Below, in pieces: positions 18,304 to 28,514 of a DNA stretch of 64,000 nucleotides (its first letter is position 1; every line of letters starts with the position of its first letter). The stretch is from positions 18,671 to 82,670 of the forward strand of contig DFDI01000088.1 in assembly GCA_002367635.1 (NCBI GenBank), given 5' to 3'. The DNA is from Betaproteobacteria bacterium UBA3031 (GTDB lineage: Bacteria; Pseudomonadota; Gammaproteobacteria; Burkholderiales; Eutrophovitaceae). The position numbers were made by a program, and so were the translations under genes. The notes below the pieces were generated by a model. That model was given only the letters and a program-made list of their open reading frames with translations. It was not told where the DNA came from and did no database searches.

Positions 18304-20091
18304 TCAATGATTGTCTCTAGGGATCCCTTTCTTTTGATCAATCTTTTGATATTTAATAGCCGGCTTGAGCACCATCCCCTCCGACAATTCATCCACAAGA
18401 TCTCTTTGAATTTCTTGCCAAGGCGTTTGACTATCTGGAATCGGATGTCCACCAGCTTCTTTTAATTTTCTTTGTCGACGTAAAATCTCGGCCTTGGAAA
18501 CCTTAAGATCCACGGATCGCTTATTGAGGTCGACACGAACAATGTCATTAGTTTTAAGGATGGCAAGATTGCCTCCGGTTGCAGCTTCTGGAGAAGCATT
18601 CAAAATCGATGGAGACCCCGAAGTTCCCGACTGCCTACCATCGCCAATACACGGAAGCTCCTGAACACCCGCTTTAATCAGCCGTGCAGGTGGTTGCATA
18701 TTGACAACTTCAGCTGCTCCTGGGTATCCAACCGGACCAACGCCGCGTACAAAAAGTATACATGTATCATCGATTTTTAATTTTGAGTCATCAATTCGGT
18801 TGTGGTAATCCTCTGGCCCCTCAAACACGATAGCTCTTCCTTCAAATGCATTGAGATCCTTAGGGTTGGACAGATACTTTTCTTTGAATGCATCAGAAAT
18901 AACGCTGGTCTTCATGATTGCACTGTCAAAAAGATTACCTTTCATATGCAGAAATCCGGCTTGACTCTTCATTGGCTTTTTCATAGACCAAATAACACTT
19001 TCGTCTAAAACCTTGGTTTTGTGACAGTTTTGATAAAGTGTTTTTCCGTTCACTGTTAATGCTGTTTTATTGATTAATCCAGCTCTGGCCAGACGACTCA
19101 CGACAGCCGGAACGCCTCCCGCGTGGTGAAAATCTTCACCCAGGTACTCACCGGCTGGTTGCATATTGACTATAAGAGGCACGTTATAGCCGACACGCTC
19201 CCAATCATCATTGTTTATTTTTACACCAAGGTGCTTCGCAATGGCGTTAAAGTGGATTGGTGCATTAGTTGATCCACCAATTGCCGAATTAACAGCGATC
19301 ATGTTTTCAAAGGCTGACTTTGTCATGATTTTTGATGGGCGGAGGTCCTCCCAAACCATCTCAACGATCCGCTTGCCCGTCAAGTAAGCATTTTCAGCCC
19401 GCTCACGATGCGGAGCTGGTATGGCCGCCCCACCGGGCAGTGACATGCCAATTGCTTCTGCTAGCGCATTCATGGTGGAGGCTGTACCCATCGTATTACA
19501 ATGTCCAGCTGATGGCGCCGATGACGCGATTATATCTATGTATTGCTCATGATTAATCTCTCCCGCCGCGAGCAACTTCCTAGCCTCCCACACGATAGTT
19601 CCAGACCCAGTTCGCTTGCCTCTAAACCACCCGTTAAGCATCGGGCCTCCCGACAATACGATCGCAGGAATATCTACTGTTGCGGCGGCCATCAATTGAG
19701 CAGGTGTGGTCTTGTCGCACCCTGTGGTTAGGACGACTCCATCAATAAAATACCCATAGAGCAATTCGACCAAGCCGAGGTAACACAAGTTGCGATCTAA
19801 TGTGGCACTTGGTCGTTTACCCGTCTCCTGAATTGGATGCACCGGAAATTCAAAGGCAATCCCCCCTGCCTCTCGTATTCCTTCTCTTACTCTTTTTGCT
19901 AGCTCTAAGTGATGACGATTACAAGGAGATAAATCTGATCCAGATTGAGCAATACCAATAATGGGCTTTCCAGACTGCAACTCTTGACGGCTGATACCCC
20001 AATTCATATAACGCTCGATGTAGAGCGCCGTCATATCGGGGTTATCTGGGTTGTTAAACCATTGCCTAGAACGCAATCGAGTTGGATCCAT
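18304..20091 (-). CDS. IlvD/Edd-family dehydratase, XylD/pentonate-dehydratase-like
   Basis: [48 protein letters not shown] and C-terminal PRDNH resemble xylonate/arabinonate dehydratases. The start may instead be the GTG at 20154. Confidence 0.85.
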   Translation of the reverse strand: MDPTRLRSRQWFNNPDNPDMTALYIERYMNWGISRQELQSGKPIIGIAQSGSDLSPCNRHHLELAKRVREGIREAGGIAFEFPVHPIQETGKRPSATLDRNLCYLGLVELLYGYFIDGVVLTTGCDKTTPAQLMAAATVDIPAIVLSGGPMLNGWFRGKRTGSGTIVWEARKLLAAGEINHEQYIDIIASSAPSAGHCNTMGTASTMNALAEAIGMSLPGGAAIPAPHRERAENAYLTGKRIVEMVWEDLRPSKIMTKSAFENMIAVNSAIGGSTNAPIHFNAIAKHLGVKINNDDWERVGYNVPLIVNMQPAGEYLGEDFHHAGGVPAVVSRLARAGLINKTALTVNGKTLYQNCHKTKVLDESVIWSMKKPMKSQAGFLHMKGNLFDSAIMKTSVISDAFKEKYLSNPKDLNAFEGRAIVFEGPEDYHNRIDDSKLKIDDTCILFVRGVGPVGYPGAAEVVNMQPPARLIKAGVQELPCIGDGRQSGTSGSPSILNASPEAATGGNLAILKTNDIVRVDLNKRSVDLKVSKAEILRRQRKLKEAGGHPIPDSQTPWQEIQRDLVDELSEGMVLKPAIKYQKIDQKKGIPRDNH

Positions 20092-20280
20092 ACCCTCACC
20101 ACTAGCCTTACTGGCAATCTTTTTCTTTTTAGATGTCTTATTTGAATCGCGCACTTAGCCCCCTAATAATTATCAATGTCGACTGACTCATTATGCTCAG
20201 TTTTTAAGTGTCAATCTATAAATTAGATTTGGAGGCTGAGGAAGACTAGCTATCAATCGAGAGATGAGCTGCTTTAGCAC

Positions 20281-20310
20281 AAAAAAAAGCCACTTTAACC
20301 ATAAAGCGAC
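20281..20310 (-). terminator. Possible rho-independent terminator after the response regulator
   Basis: The minus strand reads gtcgcttta-tggt-taaagtggc (9-bp stem with 2 G-U pairs) followed by T8. Confidence 0.45.
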
Positions 20311-20433
20311 CTTATATAAAGAAGGAGTCTTGTTACATAACCAGATTTAAGATACATGAGCCGGCTTGGTATGGTCTGAGCAAATTAACGGCCGTAAAGT
20401 TAGGAATTCTTCCTGAAATGATATCTCCTCAAC

Positions 20434-21084
20434 CTAAGCCTTATCCGCTGAAGAGATAATTCCATGATCGAGAGCAATACGTACGATTTGCGCTGCAGTC
20501 GTAGCGCCCAACTTTTGTCTAATATTCGATTGGTAATTCGCTACCGTTTTATAAGCGATATGAAGCGCCTCCGATATCTCATGTAAGGATTGCCCCTGCA
20601 CCAATAAACGGAAAATTTCAAATTCTCGACCTGAAAGTAAGTCAATATTTTGCTCACCACCGGGTATTGTCTGGGCGGCAATCAACTGAGCCATTTCACT
20701 ACTTAAATACAATTTACCCATCGCGACCTGACGTACAGCATCAATCAAGACTTCTGGGGCCGCTGACTTGGTAACGTACCCTTTAGCTCCCGCTTGAAAG
20801 GCACGATTTACGAATATTATTTCTTCATGCATACTAAAAATCAGAATTTTTTGTTCCGGAACTCGAGTTAGCACTCGTCGCGTCACTTCGATACCACTCA
20901 TACCAGGCAGCGTGATGTCCATCACCACGACGTCAGGCAGATGATCACAAATGAGACGATACCCCTCGTTCCCAGTCTCTCCTTCAGCCACAACTTTGAT
21001 GTACGAGTCTCTCTCAAGCAATCTACGATAGCCTTCTCGAACAACAGCATGATCATCAATCAGGATTACATTAATTTCTTGCAT
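20434..21084 (-). CDS. NarL/FixJ (LuxR-type) response regulator
   Basis: Receiver domain (ILIDDH..., VVVMDITLPGMSG) plus a C-terminal LuxR HTH (LSGREFEIFRLLVQGQS). Confidence 0.92.
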   Translation of the reverse strand: MQEINVILIDDHAVVREGYRRLLERDSYIKVVAEGETGNEGYRLICDHLPDVVVMDITLPGMSGIEVTRRVLTRVPEQKILIFSMHEEIIFVNRAFQAGAKGYVTKSAAPEVLIDAVRQVAMGKLYLSSEMAQLIAAQTIPGGEQNIDLLSGREFEIFRLLVQGQSLHEISEALHIAYKTVANYQSNIRQKLGATTAAQIVRIALDHGIISSADKA

Positions 21085-21091
21085 TACGCAA

Positions 21092-22063
21092 TCAATCTAA
21101 TTCCAAAGTTCGCCAATCGATAGGGAAATGTGCAGTAACAAAAAAACCGCTCGGCATACTAACCCCTCTTTCGAATACACCACCTAAACTTTCAACTCTT
21201 TCTCTTAAACCAACCAGTCCTACACCATCGGCACTTTCGGCATTTTCCTTATTAGATCCGTTATCACGAACCTCAATGGTTATGCTTCCGTCAGATTGGG
21301 AGCCGATCACAATGACTTTCACCTCGGTAGCATCGCTGTGCCTGACGATATTAGTTAATGCCTCCTGAACAAAGCGATAAATAGTTATGTTGACCGTCTC
21401 ATCAAGACTCATACCCTCGATATCAATTGTTGAGCCCCAAGAAATATTCTCAAAACGACGCCGCCACTCATCAATCATATATTCTAAAGCGGCAACCACG
21501 CCTAGCTCATCCAACGCAACCGGCCTCAATTGCTTCAGTAAATCTCTAACACCAGAAAATAACTTTCCAGAAACATCTACGATCGATTTAGCTTGTTCAT
21601 AAAGGTCACTACCCTCTCGAACAGAATTCCTAATTGCGACCCCATCGATCATAATCGCGTTCATACTTTGTCCGAATTCATCGTGCAACTCACGAGCAAT
21701 CGCACGACGTTCTGCCTCCTGAATTTCAATATTCTTCCTGGTGAGTCGACGATTTTTCTCTAATGCGCTAGCCAATTCATTCTGAACCGCCATTTGAAGA
21801 TCCGTTTGTTTACGCAATTGGTGCGTCCGACGAATCAGCACTCCAACCATCATAATGAAAATGACCAAAAGTACTAATGGAAGCTCATCCAACTGCCAAG
21901 TCTCCATCGACTCAGTTAAACGCGCCAGCTCTTCACTTAACTCGAGATACGACGCGCAAAAGAAAAACAATACGGTCACTCCAGAAATTACCAGCATGTC
22001 TATCCACACCATTGGTGAGCGCACACGTGGCACCGTCATCTTCTTTTTTTGTTGTAAGAGCAT
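21092..22063 (-). CDS. Sensor histidine kinase (HisKA_3/NarX-type) with a minimal two-TM sensor
   Basis: H-box ERRAIARELHDEFGQ, HATPase_c (VRDNGSN...GVGLVGLRERV), and two TM helices separated by about 20 aa. Confidence 0.9.
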   Translation of the reverse strand: MLLQQKKKMTVPRVRSPMVWIDMLVISGVTVLFFFCASYLELSEELARLTESMETWQLDELPLVLLVIFIMMVGVLIRRTHQLRKQTDLQMAVQNELASALEKNRRLTRKNIEIQEAERRAIARELHDEFGQSMNAIMIDGVAIRNSVREGSDLYEQAKSIVDVSGKLFSGVRDLLKQLRPVALDELGVVAALEYMIDEWRRRFENISWGSTIDIEGMSLDETVNITIYRFVQEALTNIVRHSDATEVKVIVIGSQSDGSITIEVRDNGSNKENAESADGVGLVGLRERVESLGGVFERGVSMPSGFFVTAHFPIDWRTLELD

Positions 22064-22107
22064 ATTTTGAAGGCTCCATCCTGTCTTCTAAAAATTCAGT
22101 TTACAGA

Positions 22108-22141
22108 CAAAAAAGCCCCGATTGCTAGAACAATCGAGGCT
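22108..22141 (-). terminator. Rho-independent terminator after the TonB-dependent receptor
   Basis: The minus strand reads agcctcgattg-ttctag-caatcggggct (11-bp stem, one G-U) followed by T6, 39 nt after the stop. Confidence 0.8.
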
Positions 22142-22179
22142 TAATCTGAATTATGAACGATCAACTAAAATCCAAGCAA

Positions 22180-24450
22180 TCACCCATCAAAACTATATTT
22201 GATCCCTAAAAAGGCCCCTAACGGAGCTCCAAGCCCCCTAAACTGCTCCGCGCGGTTAGTGCTGTTATTGAACGTCCCATCGACAAAGAAGTTTTGCCCA
22301 AGAATACCCATATTTTCATATGATTCATCGAATAAATTCGTAACTTTAAAGAAAATTTGTAGAGACTTTGATGCTTGATAAGTCGAATCAAGATTAACAA
22401 CCGTGTATCCCGGAATAGTCCCATTCACATCTTGATTGTTCTCGTCACCACGTGCGTAGATCTCACTGAAATAATTAGCCGTTATTCCGGTTACCCATGC
22501 ACCCAACGGCGCATACTCTGCCCGGACCTTAAAGGTGTGCTCTGGAATATTTGGCATTTTATTACCTGGGTTGACCGTAATGATCTGATTCCCACCTACA
22601 GTTGTGTTGGATGAGTTATTTGGACTATTAATATCGAATGTGCTCTCAAAAGTCGCTTCGGTATAACTATAGTCAGTTCTTAAACGAACGTTCCCATTTC
22701 CCCATCCCACACCTGCCTCTAGGCCGCGCCGTCGCGTGTCTCCGACGTTATCAAAAAAACCTGCGTTTCCGACAGTTGAACCTGCAGCGTTGATGAACTG
22801 AATATCATTTTTTAGATCTGTATTGTAGAGAGCGAAGCTCCATTTAAAATCGTCACGTGACCCTCGAGCACCCCATTCAACTGTTTTAGCAATCACTGCA
22901 TCCAAAGGAGGGTCCGCCAAGAAAGCGTTTGGTAACTTACAAGGTGCATCTGGGTCAGCACAAGTTAACTCAACTGGTGTTGGTGCACGCATCCCCTCTG
23001 AATACGACATATACGTCGTGTAGTGTGCGGTAGGATTGTAATTCACACCTAAAGCAGGATTAAATCGCTTATAGGTATGATCTCCATTTAATTTGGGTCG
23101 CACCCCGCTCATGTCCTTAATTTTCACCTTGGCATAGTTATAACGGCCTGACGTCGATATTGAGACCTTATCGGTAAAGTCGAATTGGTCTGACACATAA
23201 ATACCGTAATAGTAGTTATCACCCTCAACGTTTACTTCATTTTCAAAACCTTCTCCATTAGATGTCGTTGTCCGAATAGTTCCCGTACTGAAAGTTGCGC
23301 CTTCCTCGTCATTTTTAAAGTCACTGAATCCTAAATCAGCCGTCCCTCCCAGGCTCCACACATGGCGTTCCGTGAAATTAGTCAACTGTATCGACGTCCC
23401 ATATCCATTTGTGTTCGTCGTTGATCCCTCGTTAGCACCTGGACATTCCGTCTCATCTGTACTTCCGTCACAAGTTACACCGTTAGATGAGCCGTCAAAC
23501 TCATCATTCACGTTGCTGTTGATGTTTTCATTTTTCGAATGACGAATATAAGCTGCTCCAGCTAGCAGCTGATCGTCACTCAGATATCTTTTCCAATCAA
23601 GATTCAAAAATGCCAATTCATTCTCATTGGTATCAGGGAACGTATAACCCTGCTCTGGGTTATTTAAGAATGAGACCGGCAGCGCTTGAGTACCACTGAG
23701 TTTTGTATCCGCCCACGTAAAGCTGAGATCAATATCGGCGTCTTCACTCTCTGAGCCCACCTTCACAAAAAATTGCCTCACTTCACTGCTAGACTCATCC
23801 CTCCAACCATCTTCATCGAAAAAAGATCCAGCAACGAACAAATCATTCGATCCATTACTTGATCCATGCTCAAACTGTAAATTTTGTCGCCCCCAAGACC
23901 CTCCAGATAGACTCAATTCTGACCCAGGATTCTGAAATCCAGACTTTGTCGTTAACGACAACACACCGCCAAGCGAATTCAATCCGTACGCGGGGTTAGA
24001 ACCAGGGATCAAGTTGATCGTAGAAATCGCATTCTGAGGAATCATGTCCCATCTAAGCGTGTCTCCAAAAGACTCATTGACCTTGGTCCCATCCATGAAC
24101 ACTGCCAGTCCTTGCGGGTTACCCAGAAGCGGGGACGCCAATTGCCCTCTAAACATCACGTCAGGCATAAACGGATTACCTTGAGCATGATTGACCGCTA
24201 CGGAATTCAAATTCCTCTCAAGAAACTCTGCAGCATTCGTCGTATTTTGTTGGCTAATCGCCTTACTATTGACCGCCTGCACATTATTGGGGACCTTCGT
24301 AATACTGGTGCCCACTCCAGGAACAGGAGTGGTGGAAATAATTTCAATACTGTCTGTCTCAAGTTCGTTAATTCGATTTTCGGCATGTGCATTCGAAAAG
24401 ACGAAGAGTAGGCTCACGAAATACAACATCAAATTTATAAAACTTCTCAT
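22180..24450 (-). CDS. TonB-dependent outer-membrane receptor
   Basis: Signal peptide MRSFINLMLYFVSLLFVFSNAHA, a plug domain, a long beta-barrel with repeated aromatic-X-aromatic strands, and a C-terminal aromatic region. Confidence 0.9.
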   Translation of the reverse strand: MRSFINLMLYFVSLLFVFSNAHAENRINELETDSIEIISTTPVPGVGTSITKVPNNVQAVNSKAISQQNTTNAAEFLERNLNSVAVNHAQGNPFMPDVMFRGQLASPLLGNPQGLAVFMDGTKVNESFGDTLRWDMIPQNAISTINLIPGSNPAYGLNSLGGVLSLTTKSGFQNPGSELSLSGGSWGRQNLQFEHGSSNGSNDLFVAGSFFDEDGWRDESSSEVRQFFVKVGSESEDADIDLSFTWADTKLSGTQALPVSFLNNPEQGYTFPDTNENELAFLNLDWKRYLSDDQLLAGAAYIRHSKNENINSNVNDEFDGSSNGVTCDGSTDETECPGANEGSTTNTNGYGTSIQLTNFTERHVWSLGGTADLGFSDFKNDEEGATFSTGTIRTTTSNGEGFENEVNVEGDNYYYGIYVSDQFDFTDKVSISTSGRYNYAKVKIKDMSGVRPKLNGDHTYKRFNPALGVNYNPTAHYTTYMSYSEGMRAPTPVELTCADPDAPCKLPNAFLADPPLDAVIAKTVEWGARGSRDDFKWSFALYNTDLKNDIQFINAAGSTVGNAGFFDNVGDTRRRGLEAGVGWGNGNVRLRTDYSYTEATFESTFDINSPNNSSNTTVGGNQIITVNPGNKMPNIPEHTFKVRAEYAPLGAWVTGITANYFSEIYARGDENNQDVNGTIPGYTVVNLDSTYQASKSLQIFFKVTNLFDESYENMGILGQNFFVDGTFNNSTNRAEQFRGLGAPLGAFLGIKYSFDG

Positions 24451-24597
24451 ATTAAAACCTGTGATATTAAAAAAATCGACTGGAAAGGATACCACTCGGC
24501 CTTATCCTCCGCATCGGGAAATATTCCCAATCAGCCCATAAACTCAAGACTACAATGTGGGATAAACTCAACTTTAATGCTTAATCAGGAGACATCC

Positions 24598-25299
24598 ATG
24601 CCACAAGCTTTAATTTTTGACGTCTTTGGCACTGTTGTGGATTGGCGTGGCAGCATCACGCGAGAAATTCGCTCCCTTGCAAACAACAAAGGTATTCATC
24701 TGAACGCCGGACAATTCGCCAATGATTGGCGATCGGGCTATCAACCCGCAATGAACCGAGTGCGGCAAGGGGATCTGCCTTGGTTAAACATAGATGGGCT
24801 ACATAGAATAATCCTTGACGATCTTAAAAAAAAATATGGTTTAGAACATCTCTCAGAAGCAGAAACCGATGTGTTGAATCGCTCATGGCACCGACTCAAA
24901 CCCTGGCCCGACTCAGTTCGTGGCCTGAGACGATTGAAGAAAGGCTATACCATCTCACCACTATCTAACGGCAATTTTTCTTTACTTAACAATATGGCTA
25001 AAAACTCTGGCCTGCCGTGGGATTGCATCATTAGCGCCGAATTATTCGGCCATTACAAACCGGATCCTGAAACCTACCTTGGCGCAGCCAAACTCCTGGA
25101 CTTACCTCCCGAAGAGGTCATGCTTTGTGCCGCACATAAGGACGATTTATTAGCTGCTCAAGCATGTGGCCTGAGGACTGCGTTTATCAAAAGACCAAAA
25201 GAGTTTCCGCCCTCAATGAATATTGACCTATCGACGGACGCACGGTTTGACCTTAACGCGGAGAGCATCATTGATCTAGCCAACCAATTAAACGTCTGA
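24598..25299 (+). CDS. Haloacid dehalogenase type II (HAD superfamily)
   Basis: MPQALIFDVFGTVVDW (motif I with nucleophile Asp). AGGAGA RBS 6 nt before the ATG at 24598. Confidence 0.8.
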   Translation: MPQALIFDVFGTVVDWRGSITREIRSLANNKGIHLNAGQFANDWRSGYQPAMNRVRQGDLPWLNIDGLHRIILDDLKKKYGLEHLSEAETDVLNRSWHRLKPWPDSVRGLRRLKKGYTISPLSNGNFSLLNNMAKNSGLPWDCIISAELFGHYKPDPETYLGAAKLLDLPPEEVMLCAAHKDDLLAAQACGLRTAFIKRPKEFPPSMNIDLSTDARFDLNAESIIDLANQLNV

Positions 25300-25308
25300 T
25301 TAAGCCGA

Positions 25309-25992
25309 TTGCCTAGACGTCAAGTGATACCAACTTCAAAAATTAAAGTCTGGGATACCTCGACCCGATTATTCCATTGGTCAATTGCCATCCTCATAAC
25401 CTACCAACTGGTCACAGGCCACTCAGAAGAAGGCCCATCGGAAAGTCATCTCATCGTGGGTTACTGCGTGTGCGGCTTAATCGTTTTCAGAATCCTCTGG
25501 GGCTTCTGGGGCAGCGTACCCGCACGATTCTCAGACTTTATCAAATCCCCCATCACTGTTATTCGCTATATCTTGGGCGGTTCCGGCGTATCAAAATACT
25601 CAGCTGGCCACAATCCAACAGGAGGTTATTCGGTTGTATTGATGATTTTTTCGATCATCATTCAAGTCAGCAGCGGATTATTTTGCGATGATGACGTCAT
25701 GTTTTCAGGTGCATTTAGCGATCTCGTTTCGGATGATTTAACCTCTGTCGCCAATCAAATACACACCGTAAATTCAAAAATACTTCTCTTGTTAGTTTCC
25801 GCCCACTTAATCGCAATCAGCTGGTACACATTGTTCAAAAAACAGAATCTCGTGACGCCAATGATTACTGGTTATTCAAGTGAAATTAAAATAAACAATG
25901 AAGTAAGTCAGGTCAACGAACATCCAAAACGCGCACTCCTCTTCGCAATCATTAGTGCCGGAGTCACTATAATTTTAATATCAATGCACTAA
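25309..25992 (+). CDS. Cytochrome b561-family membrane protein
   Basis: KVWDTSTRLFHWSIAIL...TGH and four TM helices with conserved His. Start uncertain (TTG at 25309). Confidence 0.75.
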   Translation: MPRRQVIPTSKIKVWDTSTRLFHWSIAILITYQLVTGHSEEGPSESHLIVGYCVCGLIVFRILWGFWGSVPARFSDFIKSPITVIRYILGGSGVSKYSAGHNPTGGYSVVLMIFSIIIQVSSGLFCDDDVMFSGAFSDLVSDDLTSVANQIHTVNSKILLLLVSAHLIAISWYTLFKKQNLVTPMITGYSSEIKINNEVSQVNEHPKRALLFAIISAGVTIILISMH

Positions 25993-26036
25993 AGCAACCA
26001 CGCCTTGATTACAGTAGACATAAAGATTGGATTGGT

Positions 26037-26504
26037 TTACTTTTTTCGATAGTCGTCGTGACAAGACTTACACGTTTTGCCAAGGACCGAGACGGCCCGC
26101 TTCGAAGCGTCATAGTCGCCCGAGAGGCTGGTCGTCGCTAGAAGATCGGCCGCGTCTTGCATCAGCTTCATTTTCTGCTCGAAGTCAGCATAATTTGTCC
26201 AAATCTCGGGCCTAGCTTTAGTAGTCCCTGCGTGAGACTCAGTAACAAACCCCTCGAGCGGGACCTGACTAACATCAGCAATGACTTGCGCCCTACGTGC
26301 GAAATCAGCCTGATCATATGGTCGCTTTCCTTTAATCATATCTACGATCGCTCCAAAATTCCAACCCATCACCGAGAAAGCACCTTGGCGATATTTGATT
26401 GCCTTTTCAACAGATTGAGCCGATGCCGCATTAACGACTATAAGAAGTAATAAACCTGTGACACCCAAAAAATAACGTTTCATCATATTTCTCCTAGAAG
26501 ACAC
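26037..26504 (-). CDS. Cytochrome c' (class II c-type cytochrome)
   Basis: Signal peptide, four-helix-bundle length (155 aa), and a C-terminal CKSCH haem motif. Confidence 0.85.
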   Translation of the reverse strand: MSSRRNMMKRYFLGVTGLLLLIVVNAASAQSVEKAIKYRQGAFSVMGWNFGAIVDMIKGKRPYDQADFARRAQVIADVSQVPLEGFVTESHAGTTKARPEIWTNYADFEQKMKLMQDAADLLATTSLSGDYDASKRAVSVLGKTCKSCHDDYRKK

Positions 26505-26589
26505 TCCACATTTACAGACAAATAGACAAAAAAAGGCTGCTGATCGTTACCGTTTTAACGGTACACCCATATTATATTAGAACGAATGA

Positions 26590-27663
26590 TTAAAGATGTT
26601 CATCTAAGGCCCAAGCCACATGCTCTCTAACTAATTCTGATTCATATGATTTTCTTAACTCAAGCGAGCGAATGATTTCCGGTGAGGTCGGTGCGTTTCC
26701 AAGCGCACAAGCCAAGTTGCGCAGCCATCGCTCGTAACCAATACGGCGAATCGGACTCCCCTCGGTATATCGATAAAATTCAGATTCGCTCCATGAAAAC
26801 AGCTTCACTAAAGTTTCACCATCTAAGGATTCTCTAACATTAAAGTCTGGAACGGTTGTAACCGACGCATATTTATTCCATGGACACACCACCTGACAGT
26901 CATCACAACCGTAAATACGGTTACCCAATAACTTTCTGAATTCTTTCGGGATACTCCCTCGGTGTTCGATCGTCAGATAGGAGATGCACCTTCGCGCATC
27001 CAGCTTATAAGGGCCAAGGATGGCTTTTGTGGGACAAATATCAATACATCGACTGCATGTCCCGCAATGTTCACTCGCAGGACTATCTAACGGCAAATCT
27101 AAATCAGTGTAAATCTCCCCTAGAAAAAACCATGATCCAGCATTTTTATTGATCAACAGTGTGTGTTTACCGCGCCAACCCAACCCTGATTTTGTCGCCA
27201 ACTCCACTTCCATCACAGGTGCGCTGTCAGTAAATACACGATAGCCGAACGCACCAATAATCGACTGAACGTTTTGCGCAACTTTTTCTAAGCGCCCTCG
27301 GATGACCTTGTGGTAGTCACGACCTAATGCGTAACTGGAAATAAACCCCTTATCGGGAGCATTTATAAAATTAAATCCATCCATACTTTCATTTCGAAAC
27401 TGAAAATAATTCATTCTCAAACTGATAATGCGCTTCACGCCACTGACAAGCTTATCTGGATCAATTTTCATCTCGAACCGATTGCCGATGTAGTCCATAT
27501 CACCCGCGTAACCCTTATCGAGCCATTCTTGTAAACGTGGTGCAGATTCTGATAAATCACAATCCGTTACGCGCATGTCATCGAAACCTTGCTCGCGAGC
27601 GATGATGCGGATCTTAGACGTTAACTGACCAAGATCCGAATTCGGTGCAACAGGGATGGTCAT
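26590..27663 (-). CDS. queG: tRNA epoxyqueuosine(34) reductase
   Basis: 357 aa. CGTCSRCIDICPT and CDDCQVVCPWN ferredoxin motifs in the QueG arrangement. Confidence 0.9.
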   Translation of the reverse strand: MTIPVAPNSDLGQLTSKIRIIAREQGFDDMRVTDCDLSESAPRLQEWLDKGYAGDMDYIGNRFEMKIDPDKLVSGVKRIISLRMNYFQFRNESMDGFNFINAPDKGFISSYALGRDYHKVIRGRLEKVAQNVQSIIGAFGYRVFTDSAPVMEVELATKSGLGWRGKHTLLINKNAGSWFFLGEIYTDLDLPLDSPASEHCGTCSRCIDICPTKAILGPYKLDARRCISYLTIEHRGSIPKEFRKLLGNRIYGCDDCQVVCPWNKYASVTTVPDFNVRESLDGETLVKLFSWSESEFYRYTEGSPIRRIGYERWLRNLACALGNAPTSPEIIRSLELRKSYESELVREHVAWALDEHL

Positions 27664-27688
27664 GACGCTTGACCTGAGTAAGTCACCA

Positions 27689-28348
27689 TCAAATCCTGTC
27701 GTTTTCGAGCCGTGCCTCTAGATCTACGATGACAGGTATTAGGTAATCCAAATTAGGGTTTATCGCCATAGCTTGGGAAAGATAGTTGTAAGCATTTCTC
27801 GCATTTGAGCGCTCCATCCAAATACTTGCACAGCTTTGCATGACTCCGTAATGATAGGGATTAAGTTGGAGCGCGACCTCATAATCTGCCAGCGCATGAT
27901 CAATATCACCTGCATTCAGCCAAGCATCTCCGCGTTTGTTCCAAGCTTCAGAAAAAGATGGTTCCGCCTCAATGACTGAATCTAAGAATCCAATGGCCTC
28001 TTTGTTATTACCATTTTGCAACGCAAGTGTCGCCTTCACAAACAACCTCTTTGCGGACAAGTTATCCAACCGAAGCCAAAGGCCGGTAATGGCCTGGTCA
28101 GCCATGCTGCGCACAGCGGAATCATCGTCTCTCAACAGTCGAAGCATATGAGGCACATCGTCAATCATCCCTGTATCAGCCAACAGGGCAAGGGCACTGC
28201 GCCTTACAGAAGCATCAAAGTCTTTAAGTTGCTCGAGCGCCTGTTCCCGATCAGATCTAGAGCCCCAGTCCTCTGCCAGCACTACTGGGGACGAAAATAG
28301 AAACAATCCAATAATCAGTAAAGATCTAAAATAGTGACTCATATCCAC
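27689..28348 (-). CDS. Exported HEAT/TPR-repeat protein
   Basis: Signal peptide, HEAT-like DASVRRSALALL...DDDSAVRSMA, then TPR repeats (AWNKRGDAWLNAGDIDHALADYEVALQLNP). Confidence 0.7.
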   Translation of the reverse strand: MDMSHYFRSLLIIGLFLFSSPVVLAEDWGSRSDREQALEQLKDFDASVRRSALALLADTGMIDDVPHMLRLLRDDDSAVRSMADQAITGLWLRLDNLSAKRLFVKATLALQNGNNKEAIGFLDSVIEAEPSFSEAWNKRGDAWLNAGDIDHALADYEVALQLNPYHYGVMQSCASIWMERSNARNAYNYLSQAMAINPNLDYLIPVIVDLEARLENDRI

Positions 28349-28514
28349 GGTAACTCTTACGAATAGAAAGTATGATGAGGCATAAACGATAACTTATAAG
28401 TCATAACACTGCATCTTAAAATTTAATAACTCTTTGAATTGGATGCTTTTTAAGAGACATCTTTTTAGTATACTTATCAGTCAAGATTAATGTTCCACGT
28501 TCTAGGTCCATTTT

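Noticed and set aside
24451-24495. A 15-codon extension upstream of the TonB-dependent receptor signal peptide.
   Set aside because: A canonical signal peptide begins at the Met at 24450. An N-terminal extension before it is unlikely.
24451-24597. A Fur box upstream of the TonB-dependent receptor.
   Set aside because: By eye there is nothing resembling GATAATGATAATCATTATC, only unrelated short palindromes. A PWM scan is still advisable.
25309-26504. Cytochrome b561 and cytochrome c' as one operon or redox module.
   Set aside because: The two genes are convergent (plus and minus strands), so they cannot be co-transcribed. A functional link remains possible but the layout does not support it.
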